A stretch of DNA of 64,000 bases from NCBI GenBank assembly GCA_049515895.1, contig JBEKTQ010000020.1:1-64000 (forward strand), in the 5' to 3' direction. Numbering within the stretch: the first letter of the stretch is position 1; the number at the start of each line of letters is the position of its first letter. The stretch comes from Candidatus Bathyarchaeia archaeon. GTDB taxonomy: Archaea; Thermoproteota; Bathyarchaeia; Bathyarchaeales; Bathycorpusculaceae. Made by a program: the position numbers and the translations under genes. Positions 48,835-59,386 of this stretch are shown here, piece by piece. The notes under the pieces are model-generated. The model had not been told where the DNA came from and did not search any database. It worked only from the letters and a program-made list of their open reading frames with translations.

Positions 48835-50957
48835 AGTTCGTCTTAAAACGTGATAGTAAATTAGAACCCTTCGATCAAGAGCGCATAACGACCGCTATTT
48901 GGAAAGCGGCAAAAGCATGCGGCGGAAGGGACAAAGAGCAAGCGAAGCGCGTAAGCGATGAAGTAGTCGCGGAACTCCAAAAGACCTACGGGGACGACGG
49001 CGTACCAACGGTTGAGGAAATCCAGGACGTCGTTGAAAAACGTTTGATCGAAAACGGACATGCGCAAACGGCGAAAGCCTACATTTTGTACCGTAAACAG
49101 CATAGTGACATGCGTGAGTTGGCTGCGCTTCTGAGTTCTTCAGATATGGTTGATCAGTACCTTGAGGTTGAGGATTGGCGTGTTAAAGAGAACAGCAACA
49201 TGAGCTATTCACTACAGGGGCTGAACAATTATTTGTCATCCACAGTGATAGCAAAATATTGGATATCAAGAATTTACCCGCAAAATATTGCTGACGCTCA
49301 CTTTTCAGGCGACATGCACATCCACGACTTAGGCGTCTTAGGCGCTTACTGCGTCGGCTGGGACGTAAGCGAGTTGTTGATGGCTGGATTCGGAGGTGTT
49401 CCAGGCAAAATTGAGAGCAAGCCAGCAAAACACTTCCGTACTGCGCTGGGTCAAGTAGTGAATTTCTTCTATACGCTGCAGGGCGAAGCAGCTGGCGCGC
49501 AAGCGTTCAGCAACTTTGACACTTATCTTGCTCCGTTCATACGGTACGACCATCTCAACCAAAAGGATGTGGAGCAAGCGCTTCAGGAGTTCTTCTTCAA
49601 CATGAATGTGCCGACCCGTGTAGGTTTCCAGACGCCATTCACCAATTTAACGTTGGATTTGGTTGTGCCGGACTTCATGAAAAATGAGGCTGTACTATTC
49701 AACGGCAAGGTAACACAGGACACTTACGGTGACATGACTAAGGAAATGGAAATGTTCAATTTAGCCTTCGCTGAAGTCATGTGTCAAGGCGACTCGAAAG
49801 GCAGAGTCTTCACCTTTCCCATTCCCACGTACAACATAACCAAAGACTTCACTTGGGATTCGCCGGTGGCACAGGCAATCTTCGAAGTTACTGCAAAGTA
49901 CGGTGTACCCTACTTCTCAAACTTCGTTAACAGCGACATGAAACCCGAGGATGTACGAAGCATGTGCTGCCGCCTGCGCATAGACAACCGTGAACTACGC
50001 AAGCGGGGTGGGGGATTCTTCGGCGCTAACCCATTAACTGGCAGCATAGGCGTTGTAACCCTAAACATTCCCAGAATCGGCTACTTGTCCAAGGATGAGG
50101 ACGACTTCTTTGAACGTTTAGAGAAGCTAATGGAAACTGCTAAAGAAAGCTTGGAAATTAAACGCAAGGTGCTTGAAGCATTCACAGACAACGGCTTGTA
50201 CCCATATTCCCGCCGTTACCTGAGGCATATAAAAGAGGGGTATGGCAAGTACTGGAAGAACCATTTTTCGACCATAGGCATAGTCGGTGTCAACGAAGCA
50301 ATCATAAACCTGCTTGGGCAAAACATTGCGTCGCGTGATGGGCAAGCCTTCGCCGTTAAAATGTTAGATTTCATGCGTAACCGTTTAGCAGATTATCAGG
50401 AGGATACCGGCTGCATCTATAATCTTGAGGCAACCCCTGCTGAAGGCACCTCTTACCGGCTTGCCCGCATAGATAAACGCCGATACAAAGACATCATATT
50501 CGCCAACCAAAGACAAGTAGTGGCTGACCATGCAGAACCGTTCTACACGAATTCGTCCCAGTTGCCAGTTGATTTTGCAGGCGACCTCTTCGAAGCTTTA
50601 GAGCACCAGGAAAGTTTGCAGACACTCTACACTGGAGGCACAGTCTTCCACATCTTCCTCGGTGAGAGGCTTAACTCTTGGAAATCTGCCGCTGAACTCA
50701 TCAAGAAAGTAGCTTGGAACTCAAAGCTGCCGTACTTCACGTTAACGCCGACTTTCAGTGTTTGCCCAACCCACGGCTACACAAACGGCGAGCACAAGAT
50801 TTGCCCAACCTGCGGAGCAAACTGCGAAGTCTACTCAAGAGTAGTCGGCTACCTACGGCCAGTTGACCAATGGAACGATGGAAAACAGGCCGAATTCGCA
50901 ATGCGCAAAACCTTCGACCGATCAACAATAATGTCTTCAGCGCCCTTAACAAGTTAG
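48831..50957 (+). CDS. nrdD: Anaerobic (class III) ribonucleoside-triphosphate reductase
   Basis: ATP-cone, ENSN, HIHDL, SMCCRL, EATPAEG, CPTHG..CPTC, YSRVVGY glycyl-radical motif. Confidence 0.96.
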   Translation: MKFVLKRDSKLEPFDQERITTAIWKAAKACGGRDKEQAKRVSDEVVAELQKTYGDDGVPTVEEIQDVVEKRLIENGHAQTAKAYILYRKQHSDMRELAALLSSSDMVDQYLEVEDWRVKENSNMSYSLQGLNNYLSSTVIAKYWISRIYPQNIADAHFSGDMHIHDLGVLGAYCVGWDVSELLMAGFGGVPGKIESKPAKHFRTALGQVVNFFYTLQGEAAGAQAFSNFDTYLAPFIRYDHLNQKDVEQALQEFFFNMNVPTRVGFQTPFTNLTLDLVVPDFMKNEAVLFNGKVTQDTYGDMTKEMEMFNLAFAEVMCQGDSKGRVFTFPIPTYNITKDFTWDSPVAQAIFEVTAKYGVPYFSNFVNSDMKPEDVRSMCCRLRIDNRELRKRGGGFFGANPLTGSIGVVTLNIPRIGYLSKDEDDFFERLEKLMETAKESLEIKRKVLEAFTDNGLYPYSRRYLRHIKEGYGKYWKNHFSTIGIVGVNEAIINLLGQNIASRDGQAFAVKMLDFMRNRLADYQEDTGCIYNLEATPAEGTSYRLARIDKRRYKDIIFANQRQVVADHAEPFYTNSSQLPVDFAGDLFEALEHQESLQTLYTGGTVFHIFLGERLNSWKSAAELIKKVAWNSKLPYFTLTPTFSVCPTHGYTNGEHKICPTCGANCEVYSRVVGYLRPVDQWNDGKQAEFAMRKTFDRSTIMSSAPLTS

Positions 50958-50974
50958 GGAGGAAATTATGCAGA

Positions 50975-51652
50975 ATGAAGTTTAGCGGATTACAAAAAAC
51001 AAGCTTAGTTGATTACCCCGATAAAGTCGCCAGCGTACTCTTCACACCTGGCTGCAACCTCCGCTGCCCATTCTGCCATAACTGGCGCGTAGCCGTTGAT
51101 CCGCAACCCCCGTTTCTGCAGGAAGCTGCTGCTCTGGAAATCTTGGAAAGCCGCAAACGATACGTGGACGCCGTCGTGGTAACTGGTGGCGAACCATGCA
51201 TGCACAAAGAACTACCCAAATTCCTCGCTAAACTCAAGGAACGCGGCTTTGCAGTAAAGTTGGATACGAACGGTTTCTTCCCTGATATCCTTGAGGAATG
51301 CTTGGGAAGCGTTGATTACGTGGCTATGGATGTGAAGACGTGCAGGGACAAATACCGGCTTCTTGGTGCACAGAACACGGATGGGTTAATGCGAACCATG
51401 GAGATCCTAAAGACGGGAAAAGTCCCTTATGAGTTTCGGACAACCGTGGTGCCGCAGATAGTCACCGCCCAAGACGCTAATGGCATTGGGGAGATGGTAA
51501 AGGGCTCGAAAACTCATGCTCTCCAACAATTCATCCCCGAGGACACGCTTGACAAAAAATTTCAGACGCTGAAGCCTTACACGCCCGAGACAATAGGTGA
51601 GTTCGCCGAGGTCCTTCGCAAATACACGGAGAATGTTCAGCTAAGAATCTAA
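50975..51652 (+). CDS. nrdG: Anaerobic RNR activating radical SAM enzyme
   Basis: SLVDYP, GCNLRCPFCHN, TGGEP, KLDTNG, EFRTT; start at ATG 50975. Confidence 0.92.
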   Translation: MKFSGLQKTSLVDYPDKVASVLFTPGCNLRCPFCHNWRVAVDPQPPFLQEAAALEILESRKRYVDAVVVTGGEPCMHKELPKFLAKLKERGFAVKLDTNGFFPDILEECLGSVDYVAMDVKTCRDKYRLLGAQNTDGLMRTMEILKTGKVPYEFRTTVVPQIVTAQDANGIGEMVKGSKTHALQQFIPEDTLDKKFQTLKPYTPETIGEFAEVLRKYTENVQLRI

Positions 51653-51760
51653 CAGGAAGTCGTTTGCGAGTTTATTTTAGCATGGCAAAAAATTTGTAAA
51701 CTTTTTTGTTGTTTGTTTTTGGGTTGGTTTTTTGGTTTGGGGTTTGGATTAGCTGCAGGT

Positions 51761-51940
51761 TGCGTCAACTAAAGTCAACTATCGTCTGCTAAAGTCAACT
51801 AAAGTCAACAAAAGTCAATAGAAGTCTGAAAAAGTCAATAAACGTCTTAAAAAGTCAAAAATAGTGAGAGAATTAACAATATAAGACGGTGGGGATTCTT
51901 CAAAATTCTCCCAAAATCTCCTTAAATCTCCCCAAATCTC
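51761..51940 (+). repeat. Two 10-bp-period degenerate tandem arrays
   Basis: 10 units with consensus AAAGTCAACT and invariant GTC (51761-51860); 4 units like CCCAAATCTC (51901-51940). Confidence 0.9.
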
Positions 51941-52084
51941 CCCAGAAGTCAACAAGTCTGCGCCGATTCGAGTGAAAAAAAAGATCCAGAGTTAAGTAAA
52001 GGTTAGAATTGGCCCAGATATAGGGTAACTAAGTTTGGAATATTCCAAGATTTGAAATATCAAAGATATTCCTGAAAACCATTT

Positions 52085-52507
52085 GTGACCATGAGAAAGG
52101 AGAGGAAAACTTTGAGGCTGATTACAAGAAATCCTTCAGAACTTGTTAAAAGATCTGTAATCAGTCCGAAGTGGATTTATTTTTCCTATGGGTTCTTGAT
52201 TTTCTGGCAGCTTTTGGATGGTTTAACGACTAAGATTGGCTTGGATTTGGGGCTTGCCGAAGTTGGGACCTACGCGAAAGGAGTTTTAGCTGACTACGGC
52301 TTTTGGGGTTTGATGGCTTGGAAATACAGTATAGTGGCTTCTGTGGGGGCGATGTTTTTTTTGATCTACTATGTGGTTCATAGGTATGCTCCTACACGTT
52401 TAAACTCTGTGTGTAAGATTCTAACCGTTGGTGGCTTACTCGGGGGAATGGTTTCAGCCCAAGTTGTTCTCTCCAACATCTCACAGCTTCAACTTCTTCT
52501 GCATTAA
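52085..52507 (+). CDS. Small membrane protein (DUF5658-like)
   Basis: LLDGLTT..GL..G..E pattern, three hydrophobic segments. Confidence 0.65.
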   Translation: MTMRKERKTLRLITRNPSELVKRSVISPKWIYFSYGFLIFWQLLDGLTTKIGLDLGLAEVGTYAKGVLADYGFWGLMAWKYSIVASVGAMFFLIYYVVHRYAPTRLNSVCKILTVGGLLGGMVSAQVVLSNISQLQLLLH

Positions 52508-52941
52508 CCTTAAAAGCCGCTCTAACATCAGCATTTGCTCATAACCGACAACAGTGTGTATCCCAATTGGACATACAAATGCTATTCAAGACCAAACTAT
52601 TATCCTTCTAATGGCGGTATATTAGTCCAGCCGCTCAGAACCCACTTAACCCGGTATTTGTCCCACGGTTTGCATTTCCCCCTCTTTTCTCCTAATCGCG
52701 GGTTAAGGGGGCTCTGGATGACTCTCTTTTCAATTATAAATTAAATAGTGGCGAAGTTTAAATGCCATTTCCCAGAACGGGCTAAGATTCTGCGGGGGCA
52801 AGAAAGTTCAAATGAAAAAAGTGTCAGAATTGATGCCGAATAGAAACTTGATGGAAGAATTTTCGATCGCATGTTATTAATGTTAAATCACGAAGGTTGG
52901 GAAATTCGATCAGTTTGAAGTCGATTACTTTCCAACAATTA

Positions 52942-53454
52942 CTAGCCCGATACCTGTTTGTCTGCAGGTAATGCGGGTGAAACAGCTGCAGTCGCCACGG
53001 GGGCTGTTTCTTCTGGAGGCATTTGCTTTTGGGGTTTATCTGATAATATTTGTATTTTTTCCGCCATCGGATGGAGAAGATCTGGAGGCGGATACGGAGT
53101 GTTGAGGTTGGATGACAGAATGTAGATTGAATTGAAAACATGCTGGTAGATCGTAAAGAGTATTTGTGGAATTTTTGTTTTAGGGTTCACTTCAAGTTTT
53201 TTCTTTATGTCGTCAGGTTTTCCAGCCAAAGTTACCGAACCTGCAATATTGTATTTAACAACATTTGGTTTAGTGGAGATCGCCAGACTAAATGCAAGTG
53301 TTACTTCGTTTGTTCCTTTTTTCTGTTCTTCCAGCTTTGCGTTGACGTCAAAGAACAGCTCATCTTTTGTGAGGTACTCACCGGTTCGTTCAGCCTGTAA
53401 ACTATTGAGTTTTATTGAAACAGTGACCCCGGAAACAGAATATTGTGGATTTAC
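52942..53454 (-). CDS. Hypothetical protein, about 170 aa; true start uncertain
   Basis: Frame is open from 53469 with protein-like sequence, 75-80 codons beyond the track start at 53229. Confidence 0.55.
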   Translation of the reverse strand, partial: VNPQYSVSGVTVSIKLNSLQAERTGEYLTKDELFFDVNAKLEEQKKGTNEVTLAFSLAISTKPNVVKYNIAGSVTLAGKPDDIKKKLEVNPKTKIPQILFTIYQHVFNSIYILSSNLNTPYPPPDLLHPMAEKIQILSDKPQKQMPPEETAPVATAAVSPALPADKQVSG

Positions 53455-53543
53455 GTCTGATTCCTCTCTTCACATCATTCTTGTCATTTTAGTATTTAAC
53501 TTTTGTATTTCGATTTGAGTTCAACTAGCAAATGTCGGATTGA

Positions 53544-54116
53544 CTATTCTGTTGGGGTGTAAAATGCTGGCACTGAAAGTTCTCCCATGAAATTGAAAGT
53601 TTCATTCCCTTTGGTATTTGTTTTTGGTTTTAACACTATTTTTTTCGGAATGTCATCTTCAAAGTAAACAACGTAGTTGACGGTTGCTCCTAGTCCGAGG
53701 CGAGCAAGCTGTTGTACTGATAATTTGAATTTCTCGTTTTCTTGAATTTTTATGCTGATTTTTTCGATTGCTTCAAACAAAATTTCGGTTTGTCCTTGCT
53801 CAGTAAATGAAATCTCAATGTCACCTGATTGAACCCAGCATGAGGCTTCTTCTTTGCCTTTTTTAGATCCATTTTTTCCTTTATCCGCTTTCTCGGGAGG
53901 TTTCTTTGATTGGCTACGCATATTTTTTTGTAAAGCTGCAGATTTTTGGTACCATTCGTCATTCTTGTGAGTGACTTCGAAGTCTCGCAATAATGTGCCA
54001 AGCCATTGGCTATAATCTTCGTATGTTGCTTTGTATTGGCTCGTTTGATTTGTTATGAATTCTGTCAATTCTTTAAGTGAGGTGAAAGTTTGAATTTCTG
54101 TTCCCAATTTTTTCAA
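53544..54116 (-). CDS. Hypothetical coiled-coil protein
   Basis: 190-aa ORF, helical heptads, YVVYFEDDIPKKIVL near the C-terminus. Confidence 0.7.
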   Translation of the reverse strand: MKKLGTEIQTFTSLKELTEFITNQTSQYKATYEDYSQWLGTLLRDFEVTHKNDEWYQKSAALQKNMRSQSKKPPEKADKGKNGSKKGKEEASCWVQSGDIEISFTEQGQTEILFEAIEKISIKIQENEKFKLSVQQLARLGLGATVNYVVYFEDDIPKKIVLKPKTNTKGNETFNFMGELSVPAFYTPTE

Positions 54117-54708
54117 CTCAGTACATATTATTTTTATTGAACTGTTCTATTCAGATAATAAGATCTGAGTTTTTCAGATAATAGGATTTGTCTATTGCAG
54201 AAATTACATACTTTTTTCTAAGCTGAAATCTGGCAAATCTCGTTCTTGTATCGGGTGATGGAAGAGGCTCGTCTGGCTTATAACAGATTGTTGGGAATAG
54301 CAATTGAGTTAACCCCCTCATCCCTATGCTTTAGATCGATCAAGCTCATCGCTTAAGCGATCCAATATTTTACAAATAACTCAATTTAGTTGCTTTCATT
54401 TTCTGCACACGCTTTTTTCCTCGCGAACCTCTTCCAAGGTTGGACTTATTTTTCGCAAAGGTCTTGATTTTGATTATTGCTTGTTACGGATAAAAGTATT
54501 GTGTAGTAATAAATAATATTCTCTAATAATATGAAAAATGTTGTTTGAATTGACTTTAGCGTTCTAAAAGTCTTCATTGCACGTTAGAATAACTTGAAAA
54601 ACCTTTTTGAAGAATGTCTTTATCCAAAATCTTTTATTTCTTTGAACAGCATAGAAAGACACAAAATGAATGGATTTAGCAAACATTAGTGGTGAGTTGG
54701 TTTAAGGT

Positions 54709-55362
54709 TTGGGCGAAGACATAGATATTTTAATTCAGAGAGAAGAGACCAAGCTTTTACCTTTTTGCTCACGCATGGAAGAATTCAAAACAGAATTTAT
54801 TAAAGAAACAATAGATTTTGCATCTGAATGGTTCGGAAAAACCACGAAAGAATACATTACCAAGTACCCTGAAGTCACTTTAAACATGAGTGAAGAAAAA
54901 ATAGCTAGAATGAAACTTAAAATCACTGAATTAATTGGAAACTCGGAAAAAATAGTGAAGGGCGAGTTAGAAAATCCTGATTTATGGTGGCACCAAAAGC
55001 CACATCTGCATGACTCAATCGAGCAATACACTCAAGTTGCAGACAAATACCCAGAAATCCTTGATCGGTCAGTAAGACATGCATTGGGACAATTGGGTGT
55101 AGTGCTTGAAGAATTTAGGTTCCGCGTCACAGCTAGCGGAAACACAGGTTCATATGAAGAATTCTGGTTCGAACATCCGGTTGATAGTGACAAAACGATT
55201 CCAATGTACCCCCATCTTCTTAAATGGACAGAAGAGATGCAAGATACAATAAGAAAATACAATTCCCAATTCGTTCAAGCAATGAAGTTATATGATGAAA
55301 TCCAAAACCTCAAAGAACAGAAGAAGAAGCAACAAGCCATGGCACGCTGGGAATCCATTTAG
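54709..55362 (+). CDS. Hypothetical protein, 217 aa
   Basis: Long clean ORF; no family recognised. Confidence 0.7.
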   Translation: MGEDIDILIQREETKLLPFCSRMEEFKTEFIKETIDFASEWFGKTTKEYITKYPEVTLNMSEEKIARMKLKITELIGNSEKIVKGELENPDLWWHQKPHLHDSIEQYTQVADKYPEILDRSVRHALGQLGVVLEEFRFRVTASGNTGSYEEFWFEHPVDSDKTIPMYPHLLKWTEEMQDTIRKYNSQFVQAMKLYDEIQNLKEQKKKQQAMARWESI

Positions 55363-55560
55363 AAACAACTACCTTTCAAACTGGCATGTTCCAGTTTAAG
55401 TTCGTAAACTAAAGGTCACTTCGAAGAAATATCACCAATCTTTCCGTTCTAGAATTCTTTGGAGCGCGAACGTTCAGGTAGCGCTGACTGGAAAGAACCC
55501 ACAAAAAATCACCGACGACAATATCCTCTTTAGGATAAGTGAAGATAGGTTAGTTTATTG

Positions 55561-57234
55561 TTAACTTTCTCTGAACTTAAGAAAATAAACTACCCCGCTA
55601 ACCGCTAAAGCAGCAATTAGCGCGGCGACAATGAACAGAGAATATTTAACGTAAATTGGAGGTTCAGCGACGTTTATGCTTAATTCCTGGCTGTCTGTTC
55701 TGAAAGACGTTCGAGTTTCAGGTACGGTTGCAAAAACAGCCCAAAGCCCCGAAGAGTTGGGTCGGAAACTCGCCACAAAAGTGCCATTGCTACTCACTAT
55801 GCAATCCACTGTTTTGGTTAAGTTAGACCTGCTAAACTGCACCTCAACCATGGAACTATTATAGTCTGGAACAGCTACAGAGTCATTATTGTCCAGAGTT
55901 AGGATCCCATTGATTGTGATGTTTTCGCCAAGGCGTATTTTATTTTCTACTGGAGTAATGTTAAGTGTAGACTGTTCCTTTACGGTGTAGTTGCCTTTTG
56001 CATACACACCGTTTTCCAGAACATCTGTTGCATTAATTTTGTATTGAACTAATGTTCCTGCATTTTGGCCTGGAATTGTTGCCATGCATGTTTGGTTGCT
56101 GATATCCATATCCAAAGTATTAGTACTGTTCCAATTGTCGGTAGTGTATGATAATTTTGCTGTTTCCAACTGTGTATTGTTCGAGGTAAACTTGAGTTGG
56201 GCTGAATCGCCAGGACATACCCTGCTTGGAATTGTTAAGGGTATCAAGGAAGAATTTTCGAAATTAGTCTTCAACATAAACTGAATATTTCCTGAACCTA
56301 CCTCTCCGATAAGTGCCAAATGATAAAGATTTGGTCCATGATTAGGCGAAGTGTAATTTAGAGACATTGATTCGCCCATGTATTCGCAGCTTGCATAGGC
56401 TGCGCCTCTGTAGCTATTAGGTTCAAAATTGTAACCACCAACTGAACCTGTCAGATTACCATAAAGGCCGGGTTCCCACGCTAATGGAAACTTGTCTAAG
56501 CTTGGCGATGCAGCATTATTCATTAAGTAAAGCCTAGCTTCATACATGTCTAAAGTATCTGGAACTTTTACGTATAATTGAACGTATGAGGCGTTGGTTT
56601 CGAATTCATACGCCCAGTTTGTGTAAAAATTTGCCTCACCGCCGTTTGTACCTTCAACAAAACTACTATACCATTGGTCGCATGGGAGATTTTCAATGAT
56701 CATGAAAGTGGCTTCTTGAGTACCTTTGCTGTCTACTGGATTATTATTTATGACAAATGTATAGTTGCCTGATTGTGTCGGTGTAAAAAGCGCGGTATTA
56801 ACAGTTGTGCCTAGGTGTTCTGGAAGACCCGCTGATTGAGTATGTGTGCTCTCCAAGTTTCCGTCTGGGGTATAGACATAGACGTCGTAGTCCGTTATTG
56901 CCGCGGTTGAGGTGTTTATGTACGCTCCATAAAAGTAAATGTGGTAGTTATGGCCTTCCTGCAATGGGCAAATGATGGTCCAGCTTTCGCCGATCGGTAT
57001 TTGCTCGCTCTTAATTAACACCGGGAACACTGGTTTTTCAACGTAGGTGCAGTTTCCTTCAGCGCTAACGAAGTTATGTACGTAGTTCGTATATTCTGAA
57101 GTTGCAGTTAATTGAACGGTTGACGTCTTAGTCTGCGTTGTGGAAGCTTGAGCCGTCAATAATGGACTGAAAACTAAGACAACGATTACGATTAGTGAAA
57201 GGATTTTGGTTTCGTGATTGATTTTCAGATGCAT
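55561..57234 (-). CDS. Secreted, C-terminally membrane-anchored surface (glyco)protein
   Basis: Signal peptide, many N-x-S/T sequons, beta-rich domains, C-terminal TM followed by basic residues. Confidence 0.8.
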   Translation of the reverse strand: MHLKINHETKILSLIVIVVLVFSPLLTAQASTTQTKTSTVQLTATSEYTNYVHNFVSAEGNCTYVEKPVFPVLIKSEQIPIGESWTIICPLQEGHNYHIYFYGAYINTSTAAITDYDVYVYTPDGNLESTHTQSAGLPEHLGTTVNTALFTPTQSGNYTFVINNNPVDSKGTQEATFMIIENLPCDQWYSSFVEGTNGGEANFYTNWAYEFETNASYVQLYVKVPDTLDMYEARLYLMNNAASPSLDKFPLAWEPGLYGNLTGSVGGYNFEPNSYRGAAYASCEYMGESMSLNYTSPNHGPNLYHLALIGEVGSGNIQFMLKTNFENSSLIPLTIPSRVCPGDSAQLKFTSNNTQLETAKLSYTTDNWNSTNTLDMDISNQTCMATIPGQNAGTLVQYKINATDVLENGVYAKGNYTVKEQSTLNITPVENKIRLGENITINGILTLDNNDSVAVPDYNSSMVEVQFSRSNLTKTVDCIVSSNGTFVASFRPNSSGLWAVFATVPETRTSFRTDSQELSINVAEPPIYVKYSLFIVAALIAALAVSGVVYFLKFRES

Positions 57235-57546
57235 GGCTGAATCAGATTACAAGTGTTGTTTATTGCGGAAGCTTGACATATTGGTTATGACGGCTGAATC
57301 CGTATTTTCGATAAGAATTGTTAATCTGAAACTATTTTGTTCCAGAACCAATTGGCGGCTGATTTTCTAAAATGGTAAGTTTTCCTGAAAGAATTGCTCG
57401 TTTTTCATTCCCGTATTGTGGGAGTATTGTTTTGTGTTGTTGAGTTCGTTTCCTTGTTTTTAATCATGATGATGTATATTGAGTCTTGCTACGGAAGATA
57501 TTTATAAGGAATTGTCTGTTCTTTTTGCTAAAGGTGAAATAAAGCA

Positions 57547-58134
57547 ATGATCAGACTCTTAAAAAACCGTTACGCACTCGCCACAGTAATAACAACACTC
57601 ATAATCCTAGTAGTAGCAGTATTGCTCGCAGGTGTCGTATGTTACTTTGCTATTAACGTTGTTAGCACCAGGGTTCAACAGGAAAGTCTTAAGGTTTCGA
57701 ACGTACATGCCTGGGTTGACGGAGCTGGTACCGCAGAAGCTGCATTAATGATAACGAATATTGGCGGTCGCGATGTCGTCGTTAGCCAGATTCAAGTTCG
57801 TGGACAATCATCCGCATTTAGTACTGGTGGTAACGTATACTACGCCGTAAAAGGAACAGGCGATACAATACCCAGCACCTTAAGCCCCATTGCCTTTACT
57901 ACTCCCGCCAACATTGTCGGCGCTATTCCTTTTCCTGCCCCAAGCACCACTGCCTTAGCCTTATCTGGAGTTGACTTAGTGTTGTCTTCTGGTGGTACTA
58001 TGATCGTATACATCACTAGTCCTGACAGTGTTACAATCAACGATGTCGGCTTAACCATTGGGTTAACAGTCTTCTCGGCTCAAGCGATGTACTATCAAGA
58101 GACGAACATTCAAGCAACAACCGTAACCCTTTAG
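57547..58134 (+). CDS. Archaeal type IV pilin (intact)
   Basis: Class III signal KNRYA/LATVITTLIILVV, ITNIGGRD; upstream of the ATPase and platform genes. Confidence 0.85.
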   Translation: MIRLLKNRYALATVITTLIILVVAVLLAGVVCYFAINVVSTRVQQESLKVSNVHAWVDGAGTAEAALMITNIGGRDVVVSQIQVRGQSSAFSTGGNVYYAVKGTGDTIPSTLSPIAFTTPANIVGAIPFPAPSTTALALSGVDLVLSSGGTMIVYITSPDSVTINDVGLTIGLTVFSAQAMYYQETNIQATTVTL

Positions 58135-58315
58135 GTACTTAAGATTAAGTGACCTAAAAGTATCCCTCTACTCTCTTCTTTCTATTTTATAAAAAATATT
58201 TTAAGATGCATCATTCTTTTGCTTTCTTTTCTCTCCAATTTTTTAGATGCGTATTTTTTTTTACGCACAAGCTTACTTATGCGGTATTCACGTAATGTTT
58301 TTTCAGGAATTTAAA

Positions 58316-58722
58316 ATGAGAAAAATGAGAAATATATTGAAGAATCGTTTGGCTCTTAGTACGGTCATTACTACGCTGATTATTCTTGTGGTTTCAGTGC
58401 TTCTCGCGGGTGTCGTAACTTACTTTGCTATTAACGTGGGCAATCAGCAACCTTTGGTACCGGTGGTAACGTGTACTATGCCACGGCAGGAACAGGCGCT
58501 ACAATACCCAGCACCTTAGCACCCATTGCGACAACGGGCACAGGCGCTCCCGGCTTTGCAGGTACTTATCCTTTTGGTGGCACCACCAATAATTTAGCCC
58601 TATCTGGAACTGACTTAGTGTTGTCTTCTGGTGGTACTATGGTCATATACATCACTAGTCCTGACAGTGTAACCATTAACGACATAGGCTTAACCATTGG
58701 GTTAACAGTCTTCTCGGCTCAA
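58316..58722 (+). pseudogene. Partial pilin copy 2 (internal deletion with frameshift, 3' truncated)
   Basis: Lacks ~142 bp corresponding to 57660-57801 (CGT microhomology); homology ends at TTCTCGGCTCAA. Confidence 0.85.
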
Positions 58723-58894
58723 AAATCATTTCGAATTTGCGCAGCTTGCCGAGGCCATTTTGGCAATACCTCTTATTTTTCTTTGTTTTTATCAACGTTT
58801 CCCGGGTCCCTTTTTTGTTATGTGTCGCATCCCTCTACGCACAAGTTTACTTATCGAGTTTTTGTGTAATGTTTTTTCAGGAGTTTAAAAGTAA

Positions 58895-59278
58895 ATGAGA
58901 AAAATGAGAAATATATTGAAGAATCGTTTGGCTCTTAGTACGGTCATTACTACGCTGATTATTCTTGTGGTTTCAGTGCTTCTCGCGGGTGTCGTAACTT
59001 ACTTTGCTATTAACCTACTGGTAACGTATACTATGCCTTGAAAGGAACAGGCGATACAATACCCAGCGCTTTAAGCCCCATTGCTCCCACTGGTACCCCC
59101 GCCACCATTGCAGGCACTGATCCTTTTACTGGAGGGGGTCCCGCTGCCTTAGCCTTATCTGGAACTGACTTAGTGTTGTCTTCTGGTGGTACTATGGTCA
59201 TATACATCACTAGTCCTGACAGTGTAACCATTAACGACATAGGCTTAACCATTGGGTTAACAGTCTTCTCGGCTCAAG
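58895..59278 (+). pseudogene. Partial pilin copy 3 (internal deletion with frameshift, 3' truncated)
   Basis: 5' coding part identical to copy 2, different variable region, same 3' endpoint. Confidence 0.85.
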
Positions 59279-59386
59279 TTTCCAAAGTTATTTTTTAGAT
59301 AATATGTGAATTGTTTATACACACAAATGGCTTAATCCATTCTTCCAGCTTTTCTAGAGTAAATGCACATTTACGAGAGGTTGTAA

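Noticed and set aside
51761-51940. CRISPR array
   Set aside because: 10-bp contiguous units without spacers; no cas genes
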